DNA of 64,000 nt from Planctomycetaceae bacterium (GTDB lineage: Bacteria; Planctomycetota; Planctomycetia; Planctomycetales; Planctomycetaceae): positions 5,713-69,712 of the forward strand of contig JAXMBV010000036.1 of assembly GCA_046349695.1 (NCBI GenBank), read 5' to 3'. Within the stretch, counting starts at the first letter, position 1, and every line of letters begins with the position of its first letter. Positions 1 through 7,328 of this stretch are shown here, piece after piece. The notes beneath the pieces were generated by a model that was not told where the DNA came from, searched no databases, and saw only the letters and a program-made list of their open reading frames with translations. Made by a program: the position numbers and the translations under genes.

Positions 1-625
1 GGTGATGAACTCCGCAATTCTTCCCGCGGCGGGATGTGAGTGTAGCGCGTCTGACCGGTCCTGCAGCCGATGTTCAGTATGGCTGCCACAACCATGATGG
101 TCCAAGCCGTGATTCGTTGCCGATGACGCAACATCTGACGATGACCAACAAGACAAACGAGGTGAATAAGCCAACTGGACCGCGGATCGGAGCCATCTGC
201 CTTTTCAGCGAAAACCCGACCACCTGCCACGAGGGTATTCGGCATGTGACGGCACTGTGATTCAGCAGCGCCAGACAATACCTGGTATCGGTCCCGGCGA
301 GATCGTCCTGTCGATCGTCCTGCGCAAGCCGTACCGGAAGTGTCCGGCAGAATTCGCCGAACGATGCCTGTTGAGGCCATCTCAAAAGACAGTGTGACAA
401 AGTGATGGCCGTGGCACCTGGCTCCTGGTAGGTATCAGAGATCAGGCATGCACACTTAGGGCTGTTGGCGTTATCGACTTGCTGAGATTGCCAACAGGAC
501 ATGTCCGTTTGTCACTTCGATCAGTGATTGCGAAGTCTTTTTGGGGCTGGTAACTTCCTGACATTGCTGGAAAACACTTTCGTGTCAGGTCGGTGCGAGG
601 ACATCTGGTGTCAACGAAGATTCGA

Positions 626-1288
626 ATGAAATGTACGGGCTGCGACCGTGCGCTCACCGTCGGCGCAGAGAAAATCGGAAAGAAGCTTCGCTGTCCGACG
701 TGCGATACCGTGAGCACCGTGCCATCGACTTCTGACTCCGAGGACAACGCGGCATCTGGTGGGGCCAGAAAAGCCAAACGAAAGAAGGCAGAAGATCCTG
801 ACGACATCTGGTCAACGCCAATGTCCAGTTATTCGTCTCCCGCAATTGAGGAGCACGAGTTTGAGCAGTATGGAATCCCGCCAAAGAGACCCCGATCGTC
901 GGACGTAGAGATTTCAACCAATGAGATGACTCTGAAGGGCCCGATGATCTTCTTTGTGATCGGACTGGTGATCGGGGTCGTTTCGATCGTGCTTGCACTT
1001 TCAGCACCGGAGGCCGGAAGAATCGTCTCGTTTGGGGCCATTATCATCGGCGCTCTGATCAGTGTTGTTGGGCACTGGAAGATTCGCGAAACGGCGTATG
1101 AGGAGTCGACATCCTGCGGGCTGATGTTCGTCTGGCTGCCACTCTACCAGCCGTACTACATCATCAGCAGGTTCTCGCAGATCAAGATTCCGTTTCTCGT
1201 CACGATCCTTGGAAACGTCGACGCGATCGTCGGAGTGATCGGCCTGGTAATGGCCAATGTTCAATTGGCAAAAGCTGGTGGAGGTTGA
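626..1288 (+). CDS. zinc-ribbon membrane protein, function unknown
   Basis: The ORF is open from GTG 593; ATG 626 gives MKCTGCDRAL...RCPTCDT, a CxxC-N17-CxxC zinc ribbon. A charged linker is followed by about 4 hydrophobic helices in the C-terminal half (e.g. MIFFVIGLVIGVVSIVLAL, IVSFGAIIIGALISVV). The start is uncertain (593 or 626). Confidence 0.55.
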   Translation: MKCTGCDRALTVGAEKIGKKLRCPTCDTVSTVPSTSDSEDNAASGGARKAKRKKAEDPDDIWSTPMSSYSSPAIEEHEFEQYGIPPKRPRSSDVEISTNEMTLKGPMIFFVIGLVIGVVSIVLALSAPEAGRIVSFGAIIIGALISVVGHWKIRETAYEESTSCGLMFVWLPLYQPYYIISRFSQIKIPFLVTILGNVDAIVGVIGLVMANVQLAKAGGG

Positions 1289-1324
1289 AGAGCGCGGCCT
1301 CATTGCGGCGCGCAATAGACTCCT

Positions 1325-2227
1325 CTACGGCTTGCCAATGAACTTCACGTAGCCCCATGTTTCCGGTGCGTGCATGTCGATCTTTCCCTGAGGCGACCAG
1401 ACCCAGTTGTTTTCTTTCGTGTTCGGAGCTTTTTCGTAGCGGCCGTTCACGATATGAAGCTGCCATTCCACGCGAGAAAAATTGATGCGCCATTCGTCGC
1501 CCGGCGTCGGTGCTCGGGAAGCGACTTGTTTCTTGGAAATGATCTCCGTGTCTCCTGGAATCGCTGGCTCGTATCCCTGAAATACGGCTCCGACTCGCCT
1601 GGCTTTTCGCACTGGAGTTGATGTGTCATCCAGCGCCGCGAGTCCCTTCCAGGGAATGGCCAGCTCGATCGTCCATGAATCGTCTGCGTCACTGGGATCA
1701 TTGAGTGTGCCATTCAGATGAACGGCCGTCTGAATTCCATCAATCGTCCACCCGTCGTCTGCTTCGCCGCCTTTGCTGTAAGGCTTTGTGAGCCGAAGGT
1801 CCCAGCCTGTGTTCAGCGTGTTGATCTCAAATTCGCCGTAGTTCAGTGTGTCGCTGTCTGGATCAATGAACACTTCGAAGTCGTTGTCCTGAAAGATGAC
1901 GGAATCACGAACCGTCAGGCTTCCCTGAAGATGAGGCTCCTTCAGCTCTGCCGCTATGTACAGATGCTTGTCGTCCCAAAGCATCTTTGCCCGAGTCTGC
2001 AGGGGTGGCTTTGGCTTTCGATCACCTTCGATGTCCTGGAAGTCTTCTGTCCACGGCGCTGAGGACCAGACGTCCTCATCCAGCTTGCCATCGACGACCA
2101 CGGATTTCTCCGCGTACGGCGCCGAATAGCGGCGAGGCAGTTCCTGTGCCGCCACGGTTCCGAATGAGATGCCGACCAGCAGAGAAAGCACTATGGCGAG
2201 AACGCCCGTTCGTATCATCGTTGTCAT
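1325..2227 (-). CDS. secreted carbohydrate-binding family 9 (CBM9/DOMON)-like protein
   Basis: ATG start with a signal peptide (MTTMIRTGVLAIVLSLLVGISFGTVAAQ). The 'VVDGKLDEDVWSSAPWTEDFQDIEG' opening and the aromatic-rich beta pattern are typical of CBM9-like domains as I recall them. The family call is from motif memory only. Confidence 0.6.
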   Translation of the reverse strand: MTTMIRTGVLAIVLSLLVGISFGTVAAQELPRRYSAPYAEKSVVVDGKLDEDVWSSAPWTEDFQDIEGDRKPKPPLQTRAKMLWDDKHLYIAAELKEPHLQGSLTVRDSVIFQDNDFEVFIDPDSDTLNYGEFEINTLNTGWDLRLTKPYSKGGEADDGWTIDGIQTAVHLNGTLNDPSDADDSWTIELAIPWKGLAALDDTSTPVRKARRVGAVFQGYEPAIPGDTEIISKKQVASRAPTPGDEWRINFSRVEWQLHIVNGRYEKAPNTKENNWVWSPQGKIDMHAPETWGYVKFIGKP

Positions 2228-2242
2228 GACTTCTTTCCTGTT

Positions 2243-2366
2243 TCGTAGCCGTCACTCTCCGAGTGACGCATTGCGATTCCTGCGATTGCTGCGATTAATC
2301 GATCTTGTGGCCTGGCTGAGGGAGGAGTCGCGGTTCATCACTCAGAGAGTGATGTCTACGGTGTGA
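2243..2366. repeat. copy 1 of a ~125-bp double-hairpin intergenic element
   Basis: Starts tcgtagccgtcactctccgagtgacgcattgcgattcctgcg. It contains hairpins GTCACTC-tcc-GAGTGAC and CATCACTC-aga-GAGTGATG. It is a direct repeat of 2395..2520. Confidence 0.7.
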
Positions 2367-2394
2367 TGTTTTCATTGTAAACACATGTTCCAAA

Positions 2395-2520
2395 TCGTAG
2401 CCGTCACTCTCTGAGTGACGCATTGCGATTCCTGCAATTCCTGCAATTATGCGTTCTTGCGGCTTAGCGGTGGCAGGAGTCGCACTTCATCACTCGGAAA
2501 GTGATATCTACCGTGAGAGG
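2395..2520. repeat. copy 2 of the ~125-bp double-hairpin element
   Basis: Starts tcgtagccgtcactctctgagtgacgcattgcgattcctgca. It has the same two hairpins, the second slightly degraded (ATCACT-cggaa-AGTGAT). It overlaps the 5' end of the longest HerA ORF (ATG 2449). Confidence 0.7.
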
Positions 2521-2526
2521 GCAGTC

Positions 2527-4233
2527 ATGCAGTTTCAGAATGTTGTCGGAGTTGTCACGTCTGTCAGTACCGGGCTCGTCGCGGTGTCACTGGCCGACGG
2601 CAATTCTGCTCGAAGCATTGCAGTCGGAGGATTCTGCGCGATTCCGGATGAGCGCAGTGGTTCACATCTGATCGCACTGGTTGATTCTGTTTCCGGTTCA
2701 GTGGATGCGGAGTCTTCGTCTGCCGACAAGCCTGCAGCGGCCTCTGCGAATGCTCGGATGACGATTATTGGCCAGATCAGTCCGGCCGACGCGGGACGAT
2801 TTCGATTCAAACGCGGTGCGGAGTCTTTTCCGACTCTGGGGAGCCAGTGCTTTGCTCTGAGTAACGTGGAACTGGGACAGCTGCTGGATGCCGTGACGGC
2901 GACATTCCAGAAAGATGAACTCTTCGAGCTGGGGACGTATTCTCTGTCTCAGCAGACGCGAGTTCGTGCGAGCGGCAATCGGTTCTTTCAACGCCACGCT
3001 GCGATCGTTGGAAGCACGGGGGCGGGTAAGAGCTGGGCGGTTGCGCTGCTGCTGGAACGAGCGAGTCAGCTGCAGGGAGCCAACATCATCCTGTTCGACC
3101 TGCACGGCGAATACAAGCCGCTGAGTGATCCACAGACCGGCTTCGCGACTCGCCTTCGAATTGCCGGGCCAGGCGACCTCGCCGCGCCCGCTGACGATGT
3201 GCTCTTTTTGCCGCACTGGCTGTTGAGTCGCGATGAGATGTTTAGTGTCGTTGCTGATATCCGCCAGGAATCAGCTTACAACCAGGCGGCTCGGTTCGCC
3301 AAGCACATCTTTGATCTGAAAACAGAATGGCGGGATAAACACAAGCTGAAGAAGTCACTGCAAACCTTCACGCTGGATTCCCCAATTCCCTATTCGCTGG
3401 ACGAACTGATTGACCGGCTGGAGTTTGATAACAACGAAATGGTCGAAGGTGCTCGTTCCGAAAAGAAAGGTCCCTGGAATGGGACTCTGACGAAAGTTCT
3501 GGAACGCTTTCGAGACCGCATCGCTGATCGACGCAATGGCTTTCTGTTTCAGACGCCGGAGTCTGCAGATTCTCCGGACTGGCTGACTCAGCTTGTCACA
3601 AGACTGATGACGTCCGGGGCTGATCAGCGAGGTATCAAGATCGTGGACTTTTCGGAAGTGCCGGCGGATCTTCTGGCCGTCGCCGCCAGCACCCTCGCAA
3701 GACTGCTCTACACCGTCCAGTTCTGGCTTGAGCCTCAGGACCGCCGTCCCATGTGCCTCGTCTGCGATGAAGCCCATCTGTATCTGCCTCGAACGGACAA
3801 CGCTGACGCGGGGCAGTCGCGTTCGCTGGAGACCTTCGAACGCATTGCAAAAGAGGGACGCAAGTACGGCGTTTCCTTGCTGGTTGTCAGTCAGCGTCCC
3901 TCGGATCTGAACACAACGATTCTCAGTCAGTGCAACAACTTCCTTTCGCTGCGGCTGAGCAATGATCGCGATCAGTCGGCTGTCCGAAATCTGCTGCCGG
4001 ATTCAATGAAGGGAGTGTCCGAGCTGCTGCCGATTCTGGATATCGGTGAGGCGCTGTTGATTGGTGACGCGGTGATGTTCCCAACTCGCATTCGGCTCGA
4101 TGCACCGAGCGTCGCGCCTTCCAGTGCGTCCATCGACTTTTGGCTTGAGTGGCAGAAAGGCACAACTTCGGCATCGAAGCTGGCTTTGGCCGTTGAGAAC
4201 CTTCGTCGTCAGGGGCGAAAAATCGCAGAATGA
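2527..4233 (+). CDS. HerA-like (DUF87/FtsK-HerA superfamily) ATPase
   Basis: ATG 2527 is preceded by gagaggg (SD-like). The N-terminus MQFQNVVGVVTSVSTGLVAVSL looks like a HAS barrel. Walker A is GSTGAGKS, Walker B is LVCDEAHLYLP, and a 'KYGVSLLVVSQRPSDL' motif is present. The longest ORF starts at 2449, inside a repeat element. Confidence 0.85.
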   Translation: MQFQNVVGVVTSVSTGLVAVSLADGNSARSIAVGGFCAIPDERSGSHLIALVDSVSGSVDAESSSADKPAAASANARMTIIGQISPADAGRFRFKRGAESFPTLGSQCFALSNVELGQLLDAVTATFQKDELFELGTYSLSQQTRVRASGNRFFQRHAAIVGSTGAGKSWAVALLLERASQLQGANIILFDLHGEYKPLSDPQTGFATRLRIAGPGDLAAPADDVLFLPHWLLSRDEMFSVVADIRQESAYNQAARFAKHIFDLKTEWRDKHKLKKSLQTFTLDSPIPYSLDELIDRLEFDNNEMVEGARSEKKGPWNGTLTKVLERFRDRIADRRNGFLFQTPESADSPDWLTQLVTRLMTSGADQRGIKIVDFSEVPADLLAVAASTLARLLYTVQFWLEPQDRRPMCLVCDEAHLYLPRTDNADAGQSRSLETFERIAKEGRKYGVSLLVVSQRPSDLNTTILSQCNNFLSLRLSNDRDQSAVRNLLPDSMKGVSELLPILDIGEALLIGDAVMFPTRIRLDAPSVAPSSASIDFWLEWQKGTTSASKLALAVENLRRQGRKIAE

Positions 4234-4282
4234 GAATGCTGCACATTGCTCACGAGAACGATCGATGTTCGCCGTTCGCTCA

Positions 4283-5083
4283 TCATCGATCGTTCCACGT
4301 TTCGGCAAGTGATTCAGATGTTTGCTGCAGTTGAGCGATCAGGCTCGCGTGGTGGCGAATCGAATGATCACTGATTTTGCCACGGCCCCAGCGAGCCCCC
4401 GCGATGCTGCCGACAAGGACCGGACAGTAGTTTGCGAGTCCTGCAAATTCGACAGAGCGATCGAGAGCCGATTCTAAGGACTCGGAGGAGTTCACGAAAT
4501 GGACGGCGGCTCGAAGGACATTCGGCGCAAAGCCGTCGTTAGAGAGCGAGACCGACGACATCACGTCGAGTGCTCGTGTGGTTTCGGACAACCGATTTGT
4601 GAGAGCGAAGCTCACTGCATCGTTCCACGAGACGCCCTTGATGAGTGATCGGCAGAGAACAGTAACAGCTGCAGCAACGTCACCAGACAATGGATGTCGA
4701 TGAGTCAGTTCCGCTTCCGACTTTGCCGCTTCTCCAAGGTCTGCATCAGAAACAAACGAGCAGGCAGCAAGAGGTGCGTTCCGGTGAGCGGGGTTGCAGC
4801 CAGCCGTCATACCGCCGAGGGCTCGGTCGACCATCATCGCCGCATCATGGAAGGTTCGCCCGAGGTTGACATGCTCCAGCACCGCCGCCGTTGTCGGTCC
4901 AGTATCGAAAGCACCGTTCCGCCACCATTCCAAATAACGCTGACCAATATCGCGAACATCCAACTGACCGCAGACGACAAGACTCTCCGCCACCCGCAGC
5001 GCCATTCTCACCGGCCCGCCAATTTTGTCTCCCGCCGCGAGCCCGAAGAGCAATCCGGCAATCCGATCGCGACGTTGATCCAT
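4283..5083 (-). CDS. ADP-ribosylglycohydrolase (ARH/DraG) family protein, possibly degenerate
   Basis: ATG 5083 gives MDQRRDRIAGLLFGLAAGDKIGGPV (ARH N-terminal motif) and FDTGPTTAAVLEH (mid motif). The expected C-terminal GGD[ST]D[ST] metal site reads GLANYC. The GTG 5197 extension runs through low-complexity AACCAAGAACC repeats and is probably not coding. Confidence 0.75.
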   Translation of the reverse strand: MDQRRDRIAGLLFGLAAGDKIGGPVRMALRVAESLVVCGQLDVRDIGQRYLEWWRNGAFDTGPTTAAVLEHVNLGRTFHDAAMMVDRALGGMTAGCNPAHRNAPLAACSFVSDADLGEAAKSEAELTHRHPLSGDVAAAVTVLCRSLIKGVSWNDAVSFALTNRLSETTRALDVMSSVSLSNDGFAPNVLRAAVHFVNSSESLESALDRSVEFAGLANYCPVLVGSIAGARWGRGKISDHSIRHHASLIAQLQQTSESLAETWNDR

Positions 5084-5095
5084 GGGAGGAAGTCC

Positions 5096-5136
5096 GGTTC
5101 CTGGTTCTTGGTTAGTGGTTCTTGGTTCTTGGTTGG
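5096..5136. repeat. GGTTCTTGGTT-type short tandem repeat
   Basis: Sequence is ggttcctggttcttggttagtggttcttggttcttggttgg. Its reverse complement matches the run at 6366..6402. A related run lies at 5229..5254. Confidence 0.6.
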
Positions 5137-5333
5137 AGAATGGGGGATGAGGATTTCTGGGGGCGTCGGATGTCTTCTGGAAATTCAGGTCCTGCACTCA
5201 CCGGTCTGCACCTCAGAGAACTGTCTCAACAAGGAACCACCAACCAGGACCAGTAACTGAGCGTTACAACCCTCGCATTCTACTTCCAACACTCTAAAAC
5301 ACACACACCAAGGTGGTTGCAGGAGTCGGAGTC

Positions 5334-6329
5334 ATGCCATGGTTTGAAGAGCTGATGGGTTTCCGGGAAGTTTCGCCGGAACAAGTGCGACAGGACATTG
5401 AAGTTTCGGGAGAAGAACTCATCTCACGCCGCAACGGACGACGATTCCGATACGGCAGGCTGGAGATCCTTTCTCTGAACGAACTCGCAGCGCGGAGTCA
5501 GACCGTTCTTGGATTGGAAGGCCGATCCTCGATCCAGGAAGTCGTGGGAAATGTCCGTGATCTGCACCTCGACGCCGCGAATGCCGAATGTCTTTTTCAG
5601 GTGGCTTCGCAGTTCAATCTGCTGGAAATGACTGGCCCGAGTGTGACGCCTGAGGAAGGTGTTGGCATCTATGAACACGACAATACTCAGGGCCCGGCCT
5701 GTGCCATTGCCGCGGGAGCCGGAACGATCTATAGAAACTACTTTGTGCCTGTTCGAGGGCGAATCGGCCAGACATTCGACAACCAAATCAATTGTCTTGA
5801 CGAACTGGAAGACGCACTGAATGCCGTTTGTCCGAAACCATGGTATTACCGAAACGGTTATGTTCTGACAGACGCGAAAAGTCTTGAACTCATTGGACGT
5901 CATCTCGGACAAATCGCGGAGGACGAGCGGAACCGGCTGAAAGGACTGATTCGCATTGGGATTCAATGGCGAACGCAAGTCACGCTTCACGGGGCCACCC
6001 ACTGTGTCAGTCAGGCGTATTGTTCCGCCCTGCCCGTCGCTTACGGCCAGCATGAAGTTTTCGCGTGGGAACCGTTTGCCCGCCTGATCCTGGAAGCTGC
6101 GTACGAAGCAACCTTCCATGCTGCCGTTCTAAATGGTGCTGCGACTGGGATTCGAACTGTGTACTTGACGTTGCTTGGCGGAGGAGCCTTCGGTAACGAA
6201 TACTCCTGGATCCTCGATAGCCTGGAGTCTGCATGGAAATCCTTCCGTGCCGCCAGTCTCGACGTTCGCATCGTCAGCTACCGACGTTCGATCCCTGCCA
6301 TTCAGGCTCTCATCAACCGAACGCAGTGA
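5334..6329 (+). CDS. PARG/TIGR02452-like macrodomain-fold protein (tentative)
   Basis: ATG 5334 lies after ggagtcggag. 'FQVASQFNLLEMTGP...' resembles the LNFAS..NPGGG block. 'LTLLGGGAFGNEYSWIL' resembles the LGAWGCGVFGN diphosphate-binding loop of microbial PARG-like macrodomains. The coding call is solid; the family call is from memory only. Confidence 0.55.
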   Translation: MPWFEELMGFREVSPEQVRQDIEVSGEELISRRNGRRFRYGRLEILSLNELAARSQTVLGLEGRSSIQEVVGNVRDLHLDAANAECLFQVASQFNLLEMTGPSVTPEEGVGIYEHDNTQGPACAIAAGAGTIYRNYFVPVRGRIGQTFDNQINCLDELEDALNAVCPKPWYYRNGYVLTDAKSLELIGRHLGQIAEDERNRLKGLIRIGIQWRTQVTLHGATHCVSQAYCSALPVAYGQHEVFAWEPFARLILEAAYEATFHAAVLNGAATGIRTVYLTLLGGGAFGNEYSWILDSLESAWKSFRAASLDVRIVSYRRSIPAIQALINRTQ

Positions 6330-6365
6330 CTCGTTCCAGGGTTTTAGTCATTCGTAAAGCCAACG

Positions 6366-6402
6366 ACCAACCAGGAACAATAAACCAAGAACCAAGAACA
6401 CC
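6366..6402. repeat. AACCAAGAACC-type short tandem repeat (inverted relative to 5096..5136)
   Basis: Sequence is accaaccaggaacaataaaccaagaaccaagaacacc, located just downstream of the macro-like gene. Confidence 0.6.
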
Positions 6403-6427
6403 GAACTAAACCCTCGCCCTCCGGCAC

Positions 6428-7117
6428 TTAGTCCCGAAAGTGCTGACGGATTTTCGCGATCAATTGAGGTTCGGTCATGCGATCGGACGGTTCCACCTGC
6501 ACATTTTTCGTCAAGCCTGTGTGCTCCGCCATGTGGTGCTTCAGTTGCGTTCGAGTTTCGCCGGGTCCGCAGATGTAGACGGCGTCGGCGTTGCGGAAGT
6601 GCGAGATCACTTCATCGTAAAACTTCGCAAGTTCCGCGCTCTCTTTGCGATTGCGAGTCGTATCGGCCGGGACCTGGACAGGCTCATACGGACCGTCTGT
6701 CCGATCCGCCGCTCGCCGTTCCTGACTTTCCACGTGCGACTCCACATGAACGCAGGTTTCTTCACTGCCCGAGATCTTCACAACAATCGCTTGTCGTCGA
6801 TCAATCCAGACTCCAATGCATGTCGTCATAGCCAAACTCCGGGAACAGAGAAGAGGAGAAGTCACGACAGATGCGAACGAGATGTCGCGAATTTCGTAAG
6901 GACTTTGCATCTGTGCCAAAGCATCAATCACTCGGACGTTGAGGCCATCTGTGCCGCGCCCGACCGTGACCTCTCTCAACCATGCAACGCGCGCGCCATC
7001 TGGATGCAAACCGGGGGATCCTGCAGGGCAAAGGAAAGAGTTCTCAGTGATACCAAAGCCCTGGTCCTCGCTGAAAACTCTGTAGAAACCACCGTTTCCC
7101 GGGTCCTCGCAAGTCAC
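6428..7117 (-). CDS. hypothetical protein
   Basis: 229-codon ORF with ATG at 7117. An alternative ATG at 6829 has a GGAG 8 nt upstream and gives MTTCIGVWIDRRQAIVV.... The antisense frame is also open over the whole 6440..7141, which favours coding over the full length. 'VYICGPGETRTQLKHHM' is faintly eRF1-domain-like. Function unknown. Confidence 0.5.
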   Translation of the reverse strand: MTCEDPGNGGFYRVFSEDQGFGITENSFLCPAGSPGLHPDGARVAWLREVTVGRGTDGLNVRVIDALAQMQSPYEIRDISFASVVTSPLLCSRSLAMTTCIGVWIDRRQAIVVKISGSEETCVHVESHVESQERRAADRTDGPYEPVQVPADTTRNRKESAELAKFYDEVISHFRNADAVYICGPGETRTQLKHHMAEHTGLTKNVQVEPSDRMTEPQLIAKIRQHFRD

Positions 7118-7328
7118 TCAGCGAACATTCGCACACCTTGAGCAAGAAGAACGAGTCCGACACAAAACACTCGCACACTGTGCTCATAAGTCACATGTCC
7201 GCGCGGCGGATCGGTCCAGCTTTCCATATCGTGCGTGACATCCCAGGTTTCAGGTCTCAGTGTCGTACCGCAATGCGCAGTACGAACCCGATCGGAGACC
7301 ATCGTCTGACACCGTCAGCATCGGAAGT

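Noticed and set aside
1-592. Possible gene(s) at the left edge: ORFs 36..260 (+) and 74..502 (-), plus a minus-strand frame that stays open from about 435 to the window edge.
   Set aside because: I translated all three candidate frames by hand. All give Arg/Ser/Gly/Cys/His-rich strings with no recognisable motif, signal peptide or RBS. I cannot support a feature here; a gene fragment running off the edge cannot be excluded.
2169-2366. 65-aa plus ORF spanning repeat copy 1.
   Set aside because: It is composed of the repeat-element sequence and overlaps the 5' end of the minus-strand CBM9-like gene. It has no RBS, so it is spurious.
4694-6119. Plus ORF 4694..5260 (188 aa) and minus ORF 5424..6119 (231 aa).
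   Set aside because: They are antisense to the ARH-like and macro-like genes respectively. Their composition is Arg/Ser-rich and no motifs are present, so they are shadow ORFs.
6440-7141. 233-aa plus-strand ORF overlapping the 6428..7117 minus ORF.
   Set aside because: Only one of the two can be real. The minus ORF has ATG starts, a GGAG-preceded internal start and a more protein-like sequence. The plus ORF is Arg-rich. I used its openness only as indirect support for coding on the other strand.
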